A DNA stretch of 64,000 bases from NCBI RefSeq assembly GCF_001194135.2, contig NC_068990.1:94160913-94224912 (forward strand), written 5' to 3'. Positions 37,296-49,526 of the stretch are shown here, one piece after another. The notes beneath the pieces are model-generated. The model searched no databases and was not told the origin of the DNA. It saw nothing but the letters and a program-made list of their open reading frames with translations. Every line of letters begins with the position of its first letter. Within the stretch, counting starts at the first letter, position 1. Source of the DNA: Octopus bimaculoides. Its lineage: Eukaryota. The position numbers and the translations under genes were made by a program.

Positions 37296-37964
37296 ACTTT
37301 GCTTCTATGTAATCCAAATTGTGAGTCATGTTTCATTCCAGATGGGTTGATAAATAACTAGTTGCTACACTAATGACTGAAATAAAATAGAACTTATACT
37401 TTGAATAGTGCAGCTATAAATTTCTTATCAGCAATCATAGATGTCTTCTTGTATTTTCAGATAACATAGGTACCAAGCAAACAACTGACGACTGCATGAA
37501 GATAACCTTTAGGACAGGATGTTGTACACCTGTTGATGCCCCAGGCCAAACATTTTCTTTATTCTAGCCATATGGCTGGCTCTTTTTTTTTTTAACCTCA
37601 AGAAATTGCATTGTGTAAGTGCCTACACACAAAACTGTTAAATTCATTTAAAATATATTTTATGAGGTGTCAAAATGTTTTGTTGCACAACTGCAACTTG
37701 GTCACTGATTGACTTTTTGCAAAACTCCTTCTCCTGATTAACCTTTAAAAGAAAAACTCATTCACAGCTTTCTCAGTCAACTGGTTAATCATCTTAGTTG
37801 TTTGAGTGAGTAATTGGAGAGGAGACCAGAAGTTTTCATTCCAAGCCTTTTCCTCAATCTAATTTTTACACTATGAATTATTTTGTATTTGTAAATGCTT
37901 TAGTTCTTCTTCTGCAGCAGATATGGCTTCAGTGTTGCAATTTGAACACATGTAGGTTGTCAAC

Positions 37965-38480
37965 ACAAAGTGTGCCAAGAGGTGCCAATCACTTAAAGTG
38001 GAGGGAAGTTGTGGAAGAGGGCAACCCCAGGAAGACATGAGATGAAGCTTGAAAGCTAATCTCAAAACCCTGAACCTTACAAAGGAGAAGACAGAGGACT
38101 GCGAAGCCCTGCCCACCACAAGAGGACTGAGGTTCTAAAACCAAGGTACCATATAAAAGAGCACTGATGTGGGTGCTGGTGCACCCACTTAAAAAGCACC
38201 TGGGGTGGTTCCACATAAAAAGCACTTAGTACAATTTGTGGAGTGGTTGGCATTGGGAAGGACATCCAGCTGTAGGAACCAGACCAGACTATGGAACCTA
38301 GTATGGTCCCTGACCTTCCCAGTTCCTATCAAACTATCCAACCCATACCAGAATGGAAAACAGACATTAACTGATGATGATGATGATGACGACAACGACG
38401 ACGACGACAACGACCACGATGACGACAATGACAACGATTATGGTGATGATGGTGATGATGATGATGATGATGATGATGAT
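37965..38480 (+). mobile_element. Older RTE 3' end (RT C-terminus + UTR + GAT/GAC tail)
   Basis: CAKRCQSLKVEGSCGRG..., gagtggttggcattgggaaggacatccagctgtag, ..gacattaactgatgatgat. Confidence 0.8.
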
Positions 38481-38511
38481 GGTATATAAAATACATTCCT
38501 GTATGTATGTT

Positions 38512-38900
38512 GCCAATCTTTCCACTCTAACCATGGAGGCTGCTTTTATGGTAATGTTTATATGCATCCACTGCTGGTTGCATATCTTTGACTTTTTGCA
38601 CGTTCCATCTGCTAATTATGAATATTACAACTATAACATAATCCTGAGCCCTCAGAAACAGCTGTTGGACTTGAATTACTATGCCTTCTCCCCTAAGTTT
38701 TCTGTATATTTTTGCACTCCATGTAAATCTTTTCTGTAAATATATAAATATCTCAATACTTATACACGAATGTTCATCTTTTGAATATTTTCAGTTTTTG
38801 CTTCTCTTTATATGTATTGACATGTGTATATGTATATATATTTTATATATCAAGCCCAACCATGTTTATCTGCATTAATATCTGTCTATCTATCTTCCTA
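38512..38900 (+). mobile_element. Second copy of the Penelope-like terminal repeat relic
   Basis: Shares ccaatct.tccac.ct, ccact.ctggttgcat.tc, cagaaacagctgttg.ac and tatattttatatatc.agcccaa with 12265-12590. Confidence 0.55.
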
Positions 38901-40044
38901 TTTATCTACAAATGTGTGTGTGTGTGTACTATACATACATATGCATGTGTGAAAGAGAGAGAGACACACACAGAGAAATACAAACCGTGGTTTTATTACA
39001 GAACAATCTAAACTAAGAGTCACATCTTTTTGAAGTATAGGAAAATATATTACAGCCATTTTCAATAGTTCGGAGAGAGGTTGCTCCTTCTGTACACCAC
39101 TGCTGAATCCATGCCACATAAATTCAATGTATGACATCCATATGGTAAGGAAATGGCAAGAGGATTTTTTTCATTAAATATCCTTTGTACTCCTTTGTAC
39201 TTGTTGCCAAATTGACACTATTGTTATATCTTTGACTTATGGAGTCTTCCAAGAGAAAGCAATTTTTATTCAATATTTCTTTTATCAAATTCACAATCTC
39301 AGAGACTGTTTTCTCACAACGGCCTTTAAAAGGTAGAAATCTCTCTTGAATTTTAAACTCTCCATCTATACTTTGAAGGTAATGTATGGTAAATGTCAGT
39401 TTGACATGGAATCAGGTTTTGCTTTAACTATTATTGGATAGTATTTGCCTTTTATTTATTTTTTTTGTTTTTCAGAGAGTATGTGATGTGTTTCAAAATG
39501 AAATCAGAGTAAAGAGAAATAAATTCATTTTGTTATTCAACTGACAATTGATTTTCTTGTAACTTTCCTTTTTTTGCTAACTTTCATTGACCTTCCTGGC
39601 ATGGATTTTAAGTATGGGATCCGCAAAGGACAAAACTTCATCCATCCCAAAGAAATTACTGTTGTGAATAATGCCAATTAGATGAGATGTACCATAGAAC
39701 GCAAACTCCTTTTTTGTCCATAAATATAATAATACCTAAAAGACAATGTAAAATATTAGTCTAGATAACCTTTTCTTCAAAAATTTGTTCAAACAGAAAC
39801 TGTTCCCTGCATGTTGGAATAAATTCTTTGTTTCACCCTCTCCCTCTCTCTCTCTTCATGGTACATAATTCAACTTATACTGATTACTACATAAATTCTC
39901 CAGAATTCACTCATATATAATTTTTACCATTTCCCTAGGGTAGACCATCCACTCTCAGTTATCAAAGCCAATTCATAAACTCAACCATTTCCAAAGAGTT
40001 GACACAGAAACAAAATATGGCTTCTTTCTTAATGCTCCAGACTG

Positions 40045-40081
<37 letters not shown>

Positions 40082-40796
40082 ATATTTCACCATTGTCATT
40101 CCTGTGGTTGCAGTTGTCAACAGGAAAAGATTGTCTTTTTCAGCTGGAATTTGTTCCTTATATCCGTGTCACATTACTGTTCAACAATTTTAAGGAATTC
40201 TTTTGTTTCTTTATGAGTTTGGCAAGCTTAGATCTTGATTTCTATGTTAAACTAGGGTAAAGAATGTTAGTTAAAGAATAAGCAATTATAATGCACAGTA
40301 TGTAGAAAATTACACATGAGAACTCTAGTTGCGAGGAGAGTAAATTGACGGTTTCCATTTAAAGAAACTACTAGTTAAAGCAAGGTTCATTTCCAGAAAT
40401 AGAAAGAATGACTGAAAGATTTATAAACAATGAGATTCTACTTGGAACAGAAGCTAACTTGATTCAGTCTACAATTTGTTAGCAAATCTTGAAACCAGAG
40501 TAAACCAGAGATGAAACTACTCAGTCACATCAACAAACGTTTGTCTTTTGCCCAGAAGGATAAAGTGAGAATTATGAGAACATCTCTAATTTGATATATT
40601 AATGGTGTCCATGGAAAAAAACGTTAAAAGTTTAGGATTACTGAGTGCATACGCACTAGATTTGAGAGGGGAATATTTTTGTTTTGTTATATACAAAACG
40701 GTCCTGTTAACGAAGGCACAAAACCAAGTGATTAAGAGTATTTGGTTCATTAGCATAAGGTCATTGGAGTAATTACTGGACAACACATTATGTCCT

Positions 40797-40975
40797 TCAT
40801 CATCATCGTTTGACGTCTGCTTTCCATGCTGGCATGGGTTGGACGATTTGACTGAGAGCTGGCAAGCCAGAAGGCTGCACCAGGCCCCAATCTGATCTGG
40901 CAAAGTTTCTACAGCTGGATGCCCTTCCTAAAGCCAACCACTTTACAGATTAGATTGGGTGCTTTTCATGTGGCA
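40797..40975 (-). mobile_element. RTE 3' end fragment (further short ones at 29700-29750, 35357-35400 and 50943-51100)
   Basis: catcatcgtttgacgtctgctttccatgctggcatgggttggacgatttgactgag...tttctacagctggatgcccttcct. Confidence 0.85.
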
Positions 40976-40998
40976 CTATTATTATTGAAACTAAGGCA

Positions 40999-41430
40999 TA
41001 AGGCGGTGATCTGGCAGGATCGTTAGCACACTGGTATTTTGCCCATCACTATGTTCTGAGTTCAAATTCTGCCGAGGTCGACTTTGCCTTTCATCCTTTC
41101 AGGGTCAATACATTAAGTACCAGTGAAACACTAGGGTCAATCTAATCAACCAGTCCCCTCCCTGAAAATTTCAGACCTTGTGTCTATAGGAGAAAGAGTT
41201 ATTGAAACTAAGGCAAGATGGCAGAATCCTTTGCACAGTAGACAAAATGCTACTGTGTTTGTCTCTGTGTTCTCATTTTAAATGCTGCCAGGGTTAACTT
41301 TGCCTTTCATCTTTCCAGGGTCAATAAAATAAGTACCAGTTATGCACTGGGGTTAACAAAATTGATTATCGCTCTCCCACAAATTTTCAAGCCTTGTGAC
41401 TACAATAGAAAGAATTATTGTTATTATTAT
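40999..41430 (+). mobile_element. Two tandem tRNA-derived SINEs; the first is flanked by a 17-bp target-site duplication
   Basis: ttattgaaactaaggca at 40982-98 and 41199-215; B-box gagttcaaattc; shared core actttgcctttcatc.tt.cagggtcaata.a.taagtaccagt. Confidence 0.85.
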
Positions 41431-42559
41431 AATTGAAATTATCATTTTGACTACTAATGTTAGCATTGAAATATCTTGTGAAGAACCGAGGTGGCTTGTG
41501 ACAATCAGCAGAACAACCCTGGTGGCATAATCAAAACATCACTCAAAGTCATTTCTACATTCATTGCCAGTTATGAATGTATTATGATAACCTAGTGACA
41601 GTCTTTGAAAAAACAATAAACAAAAACATCAACAATCATTTCTATTTTTAAATATTTGTGTGTGTGACCTACTTTCTAAAATCCAAACATGCAACGAAGT
41701 ATTGAAAGGACAGAAAATGGCTACAATCTTTAAGCAACAATAACAACTACACTCACATAGAAATGAAAGCTCCATTCTCATAAAAATGTTTATGTTTCAT
41801 TGTTAGAAAATAAAAAATACAACTTGGTCCATTGTCAATACGTTCATTTTTTTTTTTTTTTGTGTCATAAAATCATAAAAGTTCCATTGTTATATAACAG
41901 TTTAACACCAACCATTAAGATATGTGAAGGTTATAGAATAAGACTAATTTTGGTCTTGATCATTGGTATTATTGTCCAGATTCATGTCAAGTGAGAATAC
42001 AGTTACTGATAGCATTGCAGTGTATCTATAGAAGAACTAGCAAACTCCGTGCCTACCAAACAAACAGACAAATGGATTAAGTTCTATCATTGAAGTTGAA
42101 TGTTTGGTGTTTAGAAAAGGATGCAGCTGTTAAAATATAATCCAAATGTAAAAGAATCCAATAAAATACTGCAAAGCATTTAATGCTGCTGTCCTGGCAA
42201 TTTATCGTTCAAATAAAAATAATGATTTTTCTCACTTAAAAGAAGTTTGCACAACTATAGAAGAAGGTTGTCCCTGATGAATCTATTACAGGACATAGCT
42301 GATACCTACTTACAGGAGGGATGAAATACAAAGTTGGTCCCAGCAACATAGTGAGGATGAAAATAATAAAAGCTCTTTGCTTCTATCAACTCACCACCAC
42401 CATTTTTGTGACTCTACCACTTTTATAAAAGCAGCAATAGTAATTCTGAGAAATATGAGCATACAACATTTTTAGTCTGTAGACTAAATTAATTCTTCTT
42501 GGGGTCTCCATCAGACAAAATTGACCATGCACTCGCAGAGTGAAGCCACTCATCACAGA

Positions 42560-43690
42560 TTGACCTTGGACTCTGCTGTGCATGCGCACTAAGTTTTAAC
42601 GTTCTAGCTCACTTCCGCTGTCTACAGCAGTACTTGAAAGGAAGGTGTGTAGCATGTGATCCTCACATTGACCATGACAGAGAAAGTTGAGCAGAGAATC
42701 TGCATCAAATTTTGCCAAAAGCTTAGTAATTGTTGCTCAGAGGCCTGTGCAAAGTTGCAGAAAGTGTATTGGGAAGAGTGTATGAGCTGCATACAAGTGT
42801 ACAAGTGGTTCAGACGTTTCCAAGATGGCCGAAAAAATGTCAATAGTGACAAACGTTCTGGAAGAGCCACAACTAGAAGAACTGAGAAAAACATCGTAGA
42901 TGTGTGTGCAGCTGTGAGGAGAAATTGTTGAATCACCATCTGTGAATTATCAGGAGATATGCAAATTAATTACAGTTCAGTTCAGTCCATTATCAATGAA
43001 GATTTGTGTATGAGACATGTATCTATCAAGTTTGAGCCAAAACTGCTTTCAGCTGACCAAAAATCACTCAGGTTTCAGTTGCACAAGATCTCCTTGATTG
43101 TGTTGAGAATGATGAAAACTTTTTGAAAACGGTCATAATGTGTGATGAATCGTGGGTCTATGGCTATGACCCAGAAACAAGGGCTCAGTCTTCACAGTGG
43201 ACAGCCCCAACTTCTCCATGACTGAAGAAAGCACAAATGAGTCAAAGCAATGTGTAGACACTGTTGACCGTTTTCTTTGACTACAAGGGGATTATTCATC
43301 ATGGGTGTGCTCCAGCTGGTCAGACAGGAAACAAGGAGTACTACCATGACATTTGGCGGCATTTGCAGGATGCTATTCATTGGAAAAGGCCACAATTGTA
43401 TGCATCCACTGAGTGGCAATTGCACCATGACAACACACCTGCCCATTCAGTGCAGCAGTTTTTGGCTAGGCACAGCATCCCCCAACTCCAACAGCTTCCA
43501 TATTACCAAGATCTCACCCCTTGTGACTTTTTCCTCTTTCCAAAAATCAAATCCTACTTGAAAGAAAGAAGATATCAGGACGTTGAGGGAATCAAAGTAT
43601 TTGCGACAAAGCAGCTGCTGATAATCCCAGAAAATGAGTTCCAGGAATGCTTCCTTCAATGGAAACCGCTGGATTAAGTGTGTGGCTTTG
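42560..43690 (+). pseudogene. Near-full-length mariner transposase pseudogene (ATG at 42674)
   Basis: MTEKVEQRICIKFC...VYKWFRRFQDGR..DKRSGR (HTH), CDESWVYGYDPET, TVFFDYKG, LHHDNTPAH, PYYQDLTPCDFFLFPKIK; several stops and frameshifts. Confidence 0.95.
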
Positions 43691-43765
43691 ACATCTGGCA
43701 ACTGACTTGGTCGACATCCACAATCTTTCCAACAACAACCTTGGTGGTGGTGATGAAGGTATATA

Positions 43766-43965
43766 CAAGGAGGTACTGAAAAGTTCCTGGCATCATGAAA
43801 GGCCTGGTTGGAGGCCCAACCTTCCAAGTTCTTTTACAGGGCTTAGAAACACTGAAGAACCGATGCAATAAGTGTGTGAAACTGAGAAGGGAATATGTTA
43901 GATAAAATCATAATTAACTGATCCTCTTGTATTTTCTTTTACCCAAAGCCAGGAACTTTTCAGCA

Positions 43966-43973
<8 letters not shown>
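43766..43973 (+). mobile_element. 208-bp mariner MITE with 26-bp TIRs
   Basis: Left caaggaggtactgaaaagttcctggc, right (reverse complement) cgagggggtgctgaaaagttcctggc (3 mismatches); TA on the left; the interior encodes WLEAQPSKFFLQGLETLKNRCNKCVKLRREYVR*. Confidence 0.9.
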
Positions 43974-44008
<35 letters not shown>

Positions 44009-45972
44009 TAAGATAAAGGTCATGCATTTAATTATTGCAACTGGCATTATCTTGTGCCCCAGGGCAGAGTACAGTTCTTGCTTCATTTAATATTTATTTT
44101 ACATCCATTTGCCAATCTAGCATAGGGGAAAAATAGGAACCGCTACCATTTCAAAGTTAAGTGATTAATGTTAATTAGAGGATCTAGATGTAAATTCCAA
44201 CAATTTAAGAAATATCTCAATTTTATAGAACTATTCAACCAATACAGAAAACTATAAATATCTGCATATAAACAAACAAAATCATTGCAGTGCCGAGGAT
44301 TGGAGGATGAAATACATTTTTAAATCATAAAAACAACATGACAAATTCGTTATGAACATAATAAGAGAGTTAGAATGTTCACAATATAATTCATATTTTA
44401 GAATGTATCATCAAGTCTTATTTAAAAATCTGGAACAAAAATGCTGTTGGTTTTCTGCTGCTGATGTTGATCTATAACACTTGTGTGCATAAGGCATTAA
44501 TAAATGTAAATGCTAAATGTAAGTGTGCATTGCACCAAAACCAAGCAGGATAGAAGAATATGATCAATAGAAAATGATTATTGGCAAGTAACCAAAAGCA
44601 TGTAGCTTTAACCTGCATTAAAATGGGGTAACAAATAGATTCTATGGAAACTGCTGAGGGACGAGTCAAATAGAATCAACCAAGAATAATGCTAAACTTC
44701 ATTCTTTTCTATTTTGTTGCAAAAAGGAAAAGTTACATTTTATTACAACTATCTTTTAGTATATATTTTTCAAAAATTTCTACCAAATTCAACAAATTCT
44801 TCATAACAAGCAATCAAAGATAAATTATTTCAGTAAGGATTACAGATTCCTATTGTTTATCATTGACAATTTAATTTCTGTAGAAATTTTGTGAGTTTTT
44901 TTTTTATGTAAAAAAAGATCACTTTTATTTTTAGGTCTTAATACTATTTCACAAAGATTGTGAAGAAAAAAGTGCCTCAACATACTGCCAAAGCAGAAGT
45001 ACTGTACTGTTTAGTTAAAATATATATTAATGCCATTTTTTGTGGTGGTGGGGGGGGGGGATTTTTGCTAATGAAATAGAACAAATTTAAAATATGCATA
45101 CATATAATTATAATTATCTTGATAGATGAAGTGGTTAAAAAGAAGGATAAAAGAAAAGACATTAAATAGAAAAACACCATTAATCAATTTTCTTACAAAA
45201 TTCTTATTTGGATATAAATGCTGAAAAGAGTATCAAATGCTGCCGTTTTAGGGGTGACTTTACTGAAGGGAATTATTTAGGGCCTAATATTACTGTCATA
45301 AATGAATGAATTCCACATTTTCTCAAATATTTACAATCACATCTATTCCTATTTTGAATAAAATAAATATATCTCACTTTACTTTCACATCAAGGATAAT
45401 GCACTCACTAGATACATATAGAAGCTGGGTAACAACGACAAACAAGTTATGCAACTTTTTGCAAGTTTACACTTGCAAATGCACAACCTTTGGCTCATTT
45501 TGTTATTATCCTCTGCTAATTCTACAATTACCACCATGCTGCTTTGAATTCACTCTTTCCTACTTCTCTCCAAGTTCTCTGACTGATTCCATGTCTCTGC
45601 CTCATACCAACTTATTTTCATTAGATTAATTATTTGTAACGACACCATATTTTGTTATACAACCATAACATACTAAAAAGTATATTAAATGCTTTAAAAG
45701 TCAATACTGTGCCCTGCAGGGACGGCACTAATATTAAATCACTTCTTAAGGTTATCTTAACAGATTTTCAGCAGAAATTGTTACCATCACTGATTTGTTA
45801 CAATGTTTCATATCCAAATACGTCTAATGTAAACAACATTGAGATCAAAGATGGAAAAATAGTAGATGTATATGCATATTTCAGATGTTCTTGTCCTTTC
45901 CTCAGCACCACATTCAATCTATTCATGAACTAATACAGCTTAAATAGTCACTGAATACATATTATTGGATAT

Positions 45973-46180
45973 CAGTAAAAGGGTGGATATTCCGGGTGTG
46001 CTAGGTGTGTGCTGCATACCCATTGAAAATGGCAAATTCATTATAAATACTAATTTAATCACACTTACTCATTAGTTTAATCACAAATTCTAATGGAAAA
46101 CTTTTGTTATACCCCTGCTGGAAATTTGGTGGCATTGTGTGCGGCAGCACGCCCAATACAACAACCACCAGATGTCACTG
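45973..46180. mobile_element. hAT-type MITE (208 bp) with perfect 8-bp TSD
   Basis: ttggatat at 45965-72 and 46181-88; ends CAGT...ACTG; subterminal gtgtgct/gcacgccc inverted motifs. Confidence 0.85.
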
Positions 46181-46623
46181 TTGGATATACCAATTTTACA
46201 CATTAAACTCACTTTTGACAACTGGTATGTAAATATTAATTAAGGTAATTCCTGGAATATGCATATACACCTGTTATCTATATTCCCATCTTCAATCACA
46301 TTGTTGTTTACATTAGATGTATTTGGAGACAAAACATCATAACAAATCAAGGCTGGTTATAATTTCCACAGAAAATCTGAGCCATTTTGTCTGTATTTTC
46401 TGGATATTGAAGTATTTTCTTGAATCATTTTGGGATTTACTGAGAACAAACGCATTGAAGCTTTCCTGGGCTGAAAAAATTCACCATCTTTATATTAGCC
46501 TTGTAATTCATGCTTATTATTCAGTTTGCATGAGATATTTTATCAAGAAAATTATTAGCATTCCAACTATTTGAATTTGAAAAACTTAAAAGGTACTGGA
46601 AAATATATATAAAAATACAAGAG

Positions 46624-46744
<121 letters not shown>

Positions 46745-48394
46745 AAGAAAGGGAAGAAAAAATGTTGATTTAATTTGTTTTGTTTTTTTTAACATTTCTT
46801 TTTCTTATATGAATATGGGTTGTATATTTTGCGAATTTTGATTGGTTATCTTCCAGGCAGATGCTAGGCCTTTTATTTCAAATATTTTATCTTTATGTTT
46901 AAGGGTTTTCTTAACACTTTACAATCAAATATAAAACTAAAATGAGAAGTATTTCTTATTTTAGTTATGACTAATAGCGTTTAATATTAGTTACTTTCAG
47001 GTTCTAGCAAATATTTTGGACATTAGAAATGATGTCAATAACATTCATTTATTGATTAATCAGATAATTTTAACACATTTCACACAAATAAAAAAAAGAG
47101 GAATACATATACAGACTTTTTTTTTCCATATTAATGTTACAATTTAACATTAAAAAGATTTACAATTCATAGAAAACAAAAAAGACAAAAGCAATTTATT
47201 TACTGTGAGTTTACCTTTGTTGCTATATTTAAACAAAATAGAAATATTTTTAATGAGAAACAGCAATATTTCTTTCAAAAAAAAAAATAATCACCAGCTA
47301 ATATTTTATGATGCTGCTATTACAAACAATGAGAGTATTAAGCATTTTCACCGTCTGTCCAGGCATTTTACTCCCAATACCAAAGAAGGCAACAGAAAAC
47401 ATCATGAGCATGGTGATGCTCAGAATATCATCACCTTTTCTCAATAGGACTTTGCATCACCAAACGGTAAATGGTGTTACTGCTGTTAGATGCTTGAGAT
47501 TTCCACTTACTATCTTAGAGTTCTGCTGATAAGAGGAGAAAATGATGTGAAGAAGAATACACAACATGCATACAACATTTCCATCACAGACACAAACAAG
47601 TTGCTTTCAACTGCATCTTGCAACACAATTGTGATCTGTTTTTACATCTTCAAAAGAAGTAACAAATCTCCATGAGAAATCTGAGTCTGACTCCAATTGA
47701 CACAATGGCAGAATAGTAGTTTAGAAGACAGAGACAGAAGAGATATTTCAGAGAAACGCTGAAGGAGGAGATCACTGCTATAAAGAGAGATTCTTGCTTG
47801 TTCACATATTTGGAATAGGAGTTACAATATCCAAATCTAAATTAATTGCTAATGAATGCTGTATGGAAAAACTGTCTAATATATTGAAATTTCCGTCTTA
47901 GTTGGAGGAAAAAGCAAAACAACTTTGTGGCGGCAATTGTTAACAACACTCAAACTAAAAGGGAACCACATTTAAAAGAACTGAAATTATCCTCCCTTTC
48001 TTCAAGTGTCTTAAAACCTTAAAAACATGGAAGTGAATGCAGTGGTCCACTTTGTGTTGAAGCCAGTTTTTTAATACAAAAATATATTTAATTTAAATCA
48101 GTGGTGCTGTAAATTAATTCTATATCTTGAACTTCTTATTCCAAGTCTTTTGGTAAGAGATTTTTTTCATTTTGAGTTTGGACTTTAAATTTTAAAACAG
48201 ATCCATTGGAACATAGACTGGACTGCTGTGGTCTTGACAGTAGATAAAAATAATAATTTCATACCAAGAAACATGTTCTCAAGTTTTCCTTAGTGTTTGA
48301 GAATTTCTAGAGTCTTCTAGAAGTTTTTTCCTTACATATACAGAAATTTTCTTTTAAAAATTCAAGTCTTTTGTGATTCTGAAATTGAAAAAAC

Positions 48395-48865
48395 ATGAAT
48401 TCTCTTGAAGCATTTAACATGCTCCAAACCACCTGGAATAAAATAATTATGGACTACAATTCTATAAAAGGAGGAGTTGATACACTTGACCAGCTGATTA
48501 GATACTGTTTGGTGAAACGAGCCACAAGAAGATGGCCAAACCTGATTCATACAGCAGAATGCAGTGTTTTTTGTTATATATTGAAAATCATCCAGAATGC
48601 AAACAAAAAAAAACAAACTTCAATCTAGATGTGGATTTCTTAAAATGCTGGCTGAAGAACTTCTTGGTGATGAAGAACCTGAAGAAATAATTTCAGTATC
48701 CAAAAGAGAAAAAACAAAAAAATCACAAGGATTTTGCAGGAATTATCCTTCAGGGAAAAAAAAAGAAAAAGAAAACGAAGGAAATAAGGTGTTAAAAATG
48801 TCAGATTTTTGCAAGTAAAAGCCACAGAGATGAAATAGTTTTGTGCTTGAATTGTGTAAATTAAT
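48395..48865 (+). pseudogene. piggyBac (PGBD4-like) transposase C-terminal relic
   Basis: KIIMDYNSIKGGVDTLDQLIRYCLVKRATRRWP, then RCGFLKMLAEEL and a decayed Cys-rich tail. Possible ends ttaacaaca at 47940 and tgttgttaa at 48928-36 (only a 9-nt match). Confidence 0.88.
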
Positions 48866-49230
48866 TTTTTTTATGTTTGTTTATATTTTTTGATGAAAAT
48901 TTGACTTGGATCAGCGTGGTCACCATATGTTGTTAATAATCACAACTGACATATATCACTGTGCACTCATATATAAATACACACACATACATATAATATT
49001 TGCTTCTTGATTCATTTACTGAAGATAATACAGATAATGACTGCTTTCATCATTATACTTGAAATGTGTATAGTGTGCCAGGCAGCCAAGAACAAGACAA
49101 AATACAAGGAAAAACAAAGACATCAACACAAAAAAACAATGTATTCTCAAGTAAATGGTACACATATCCAAAGAGATACTTCAAAGAAACAGCATTCAAC
49201 AAAATTGCCTTCAGGTTCTAATGATGACTC

Positions 49231-49526
49231 CACTGCCAGGATCAGTTGACTCTTCTACCCACTGCCAGGATCAGTTGACTCTTCTACCCACTGCCAGGAT
49301 CAGTTGACTCTTCTACCCACTGCCAGGATCAGTTGACTCTTCTACCCACTGCCAGGATCAGTTGACTCTTCTACCCACTGCCAGGATCAGTTGACTCTTT
49401 TACCCACTGCCAGGATCAGTTGACTCTTCTACCCACTGCCAGGATCAGTTGACTCTTCTACCCATTGCCAGGATCAGTTGACTCTTCTACCCATTGCCAG
49501 GATCAGTTGACTCTTCTATCCACTGC
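49231..49526. repeat. 29-bp minisatellite, 10.2 copies, cactgccaggatcagttgactcttctacc
   Basis: Directly visible; only 4 variant positions across the array; no spacers. Confidence 0.98.

Noticed and set aside
45709-45728. GC-rich hairpin gtgcc...ggcac as a Helitron 3' end
   Set aside because: Only a 5-bp stem, and the spacing to a CTRR terminus does not fit.
49231-49526. 29-bp repeats as a CRISPR array
   Set aside because: Units are contiguous with no spacers, there are no cas genes, and the context is eukaryotic.
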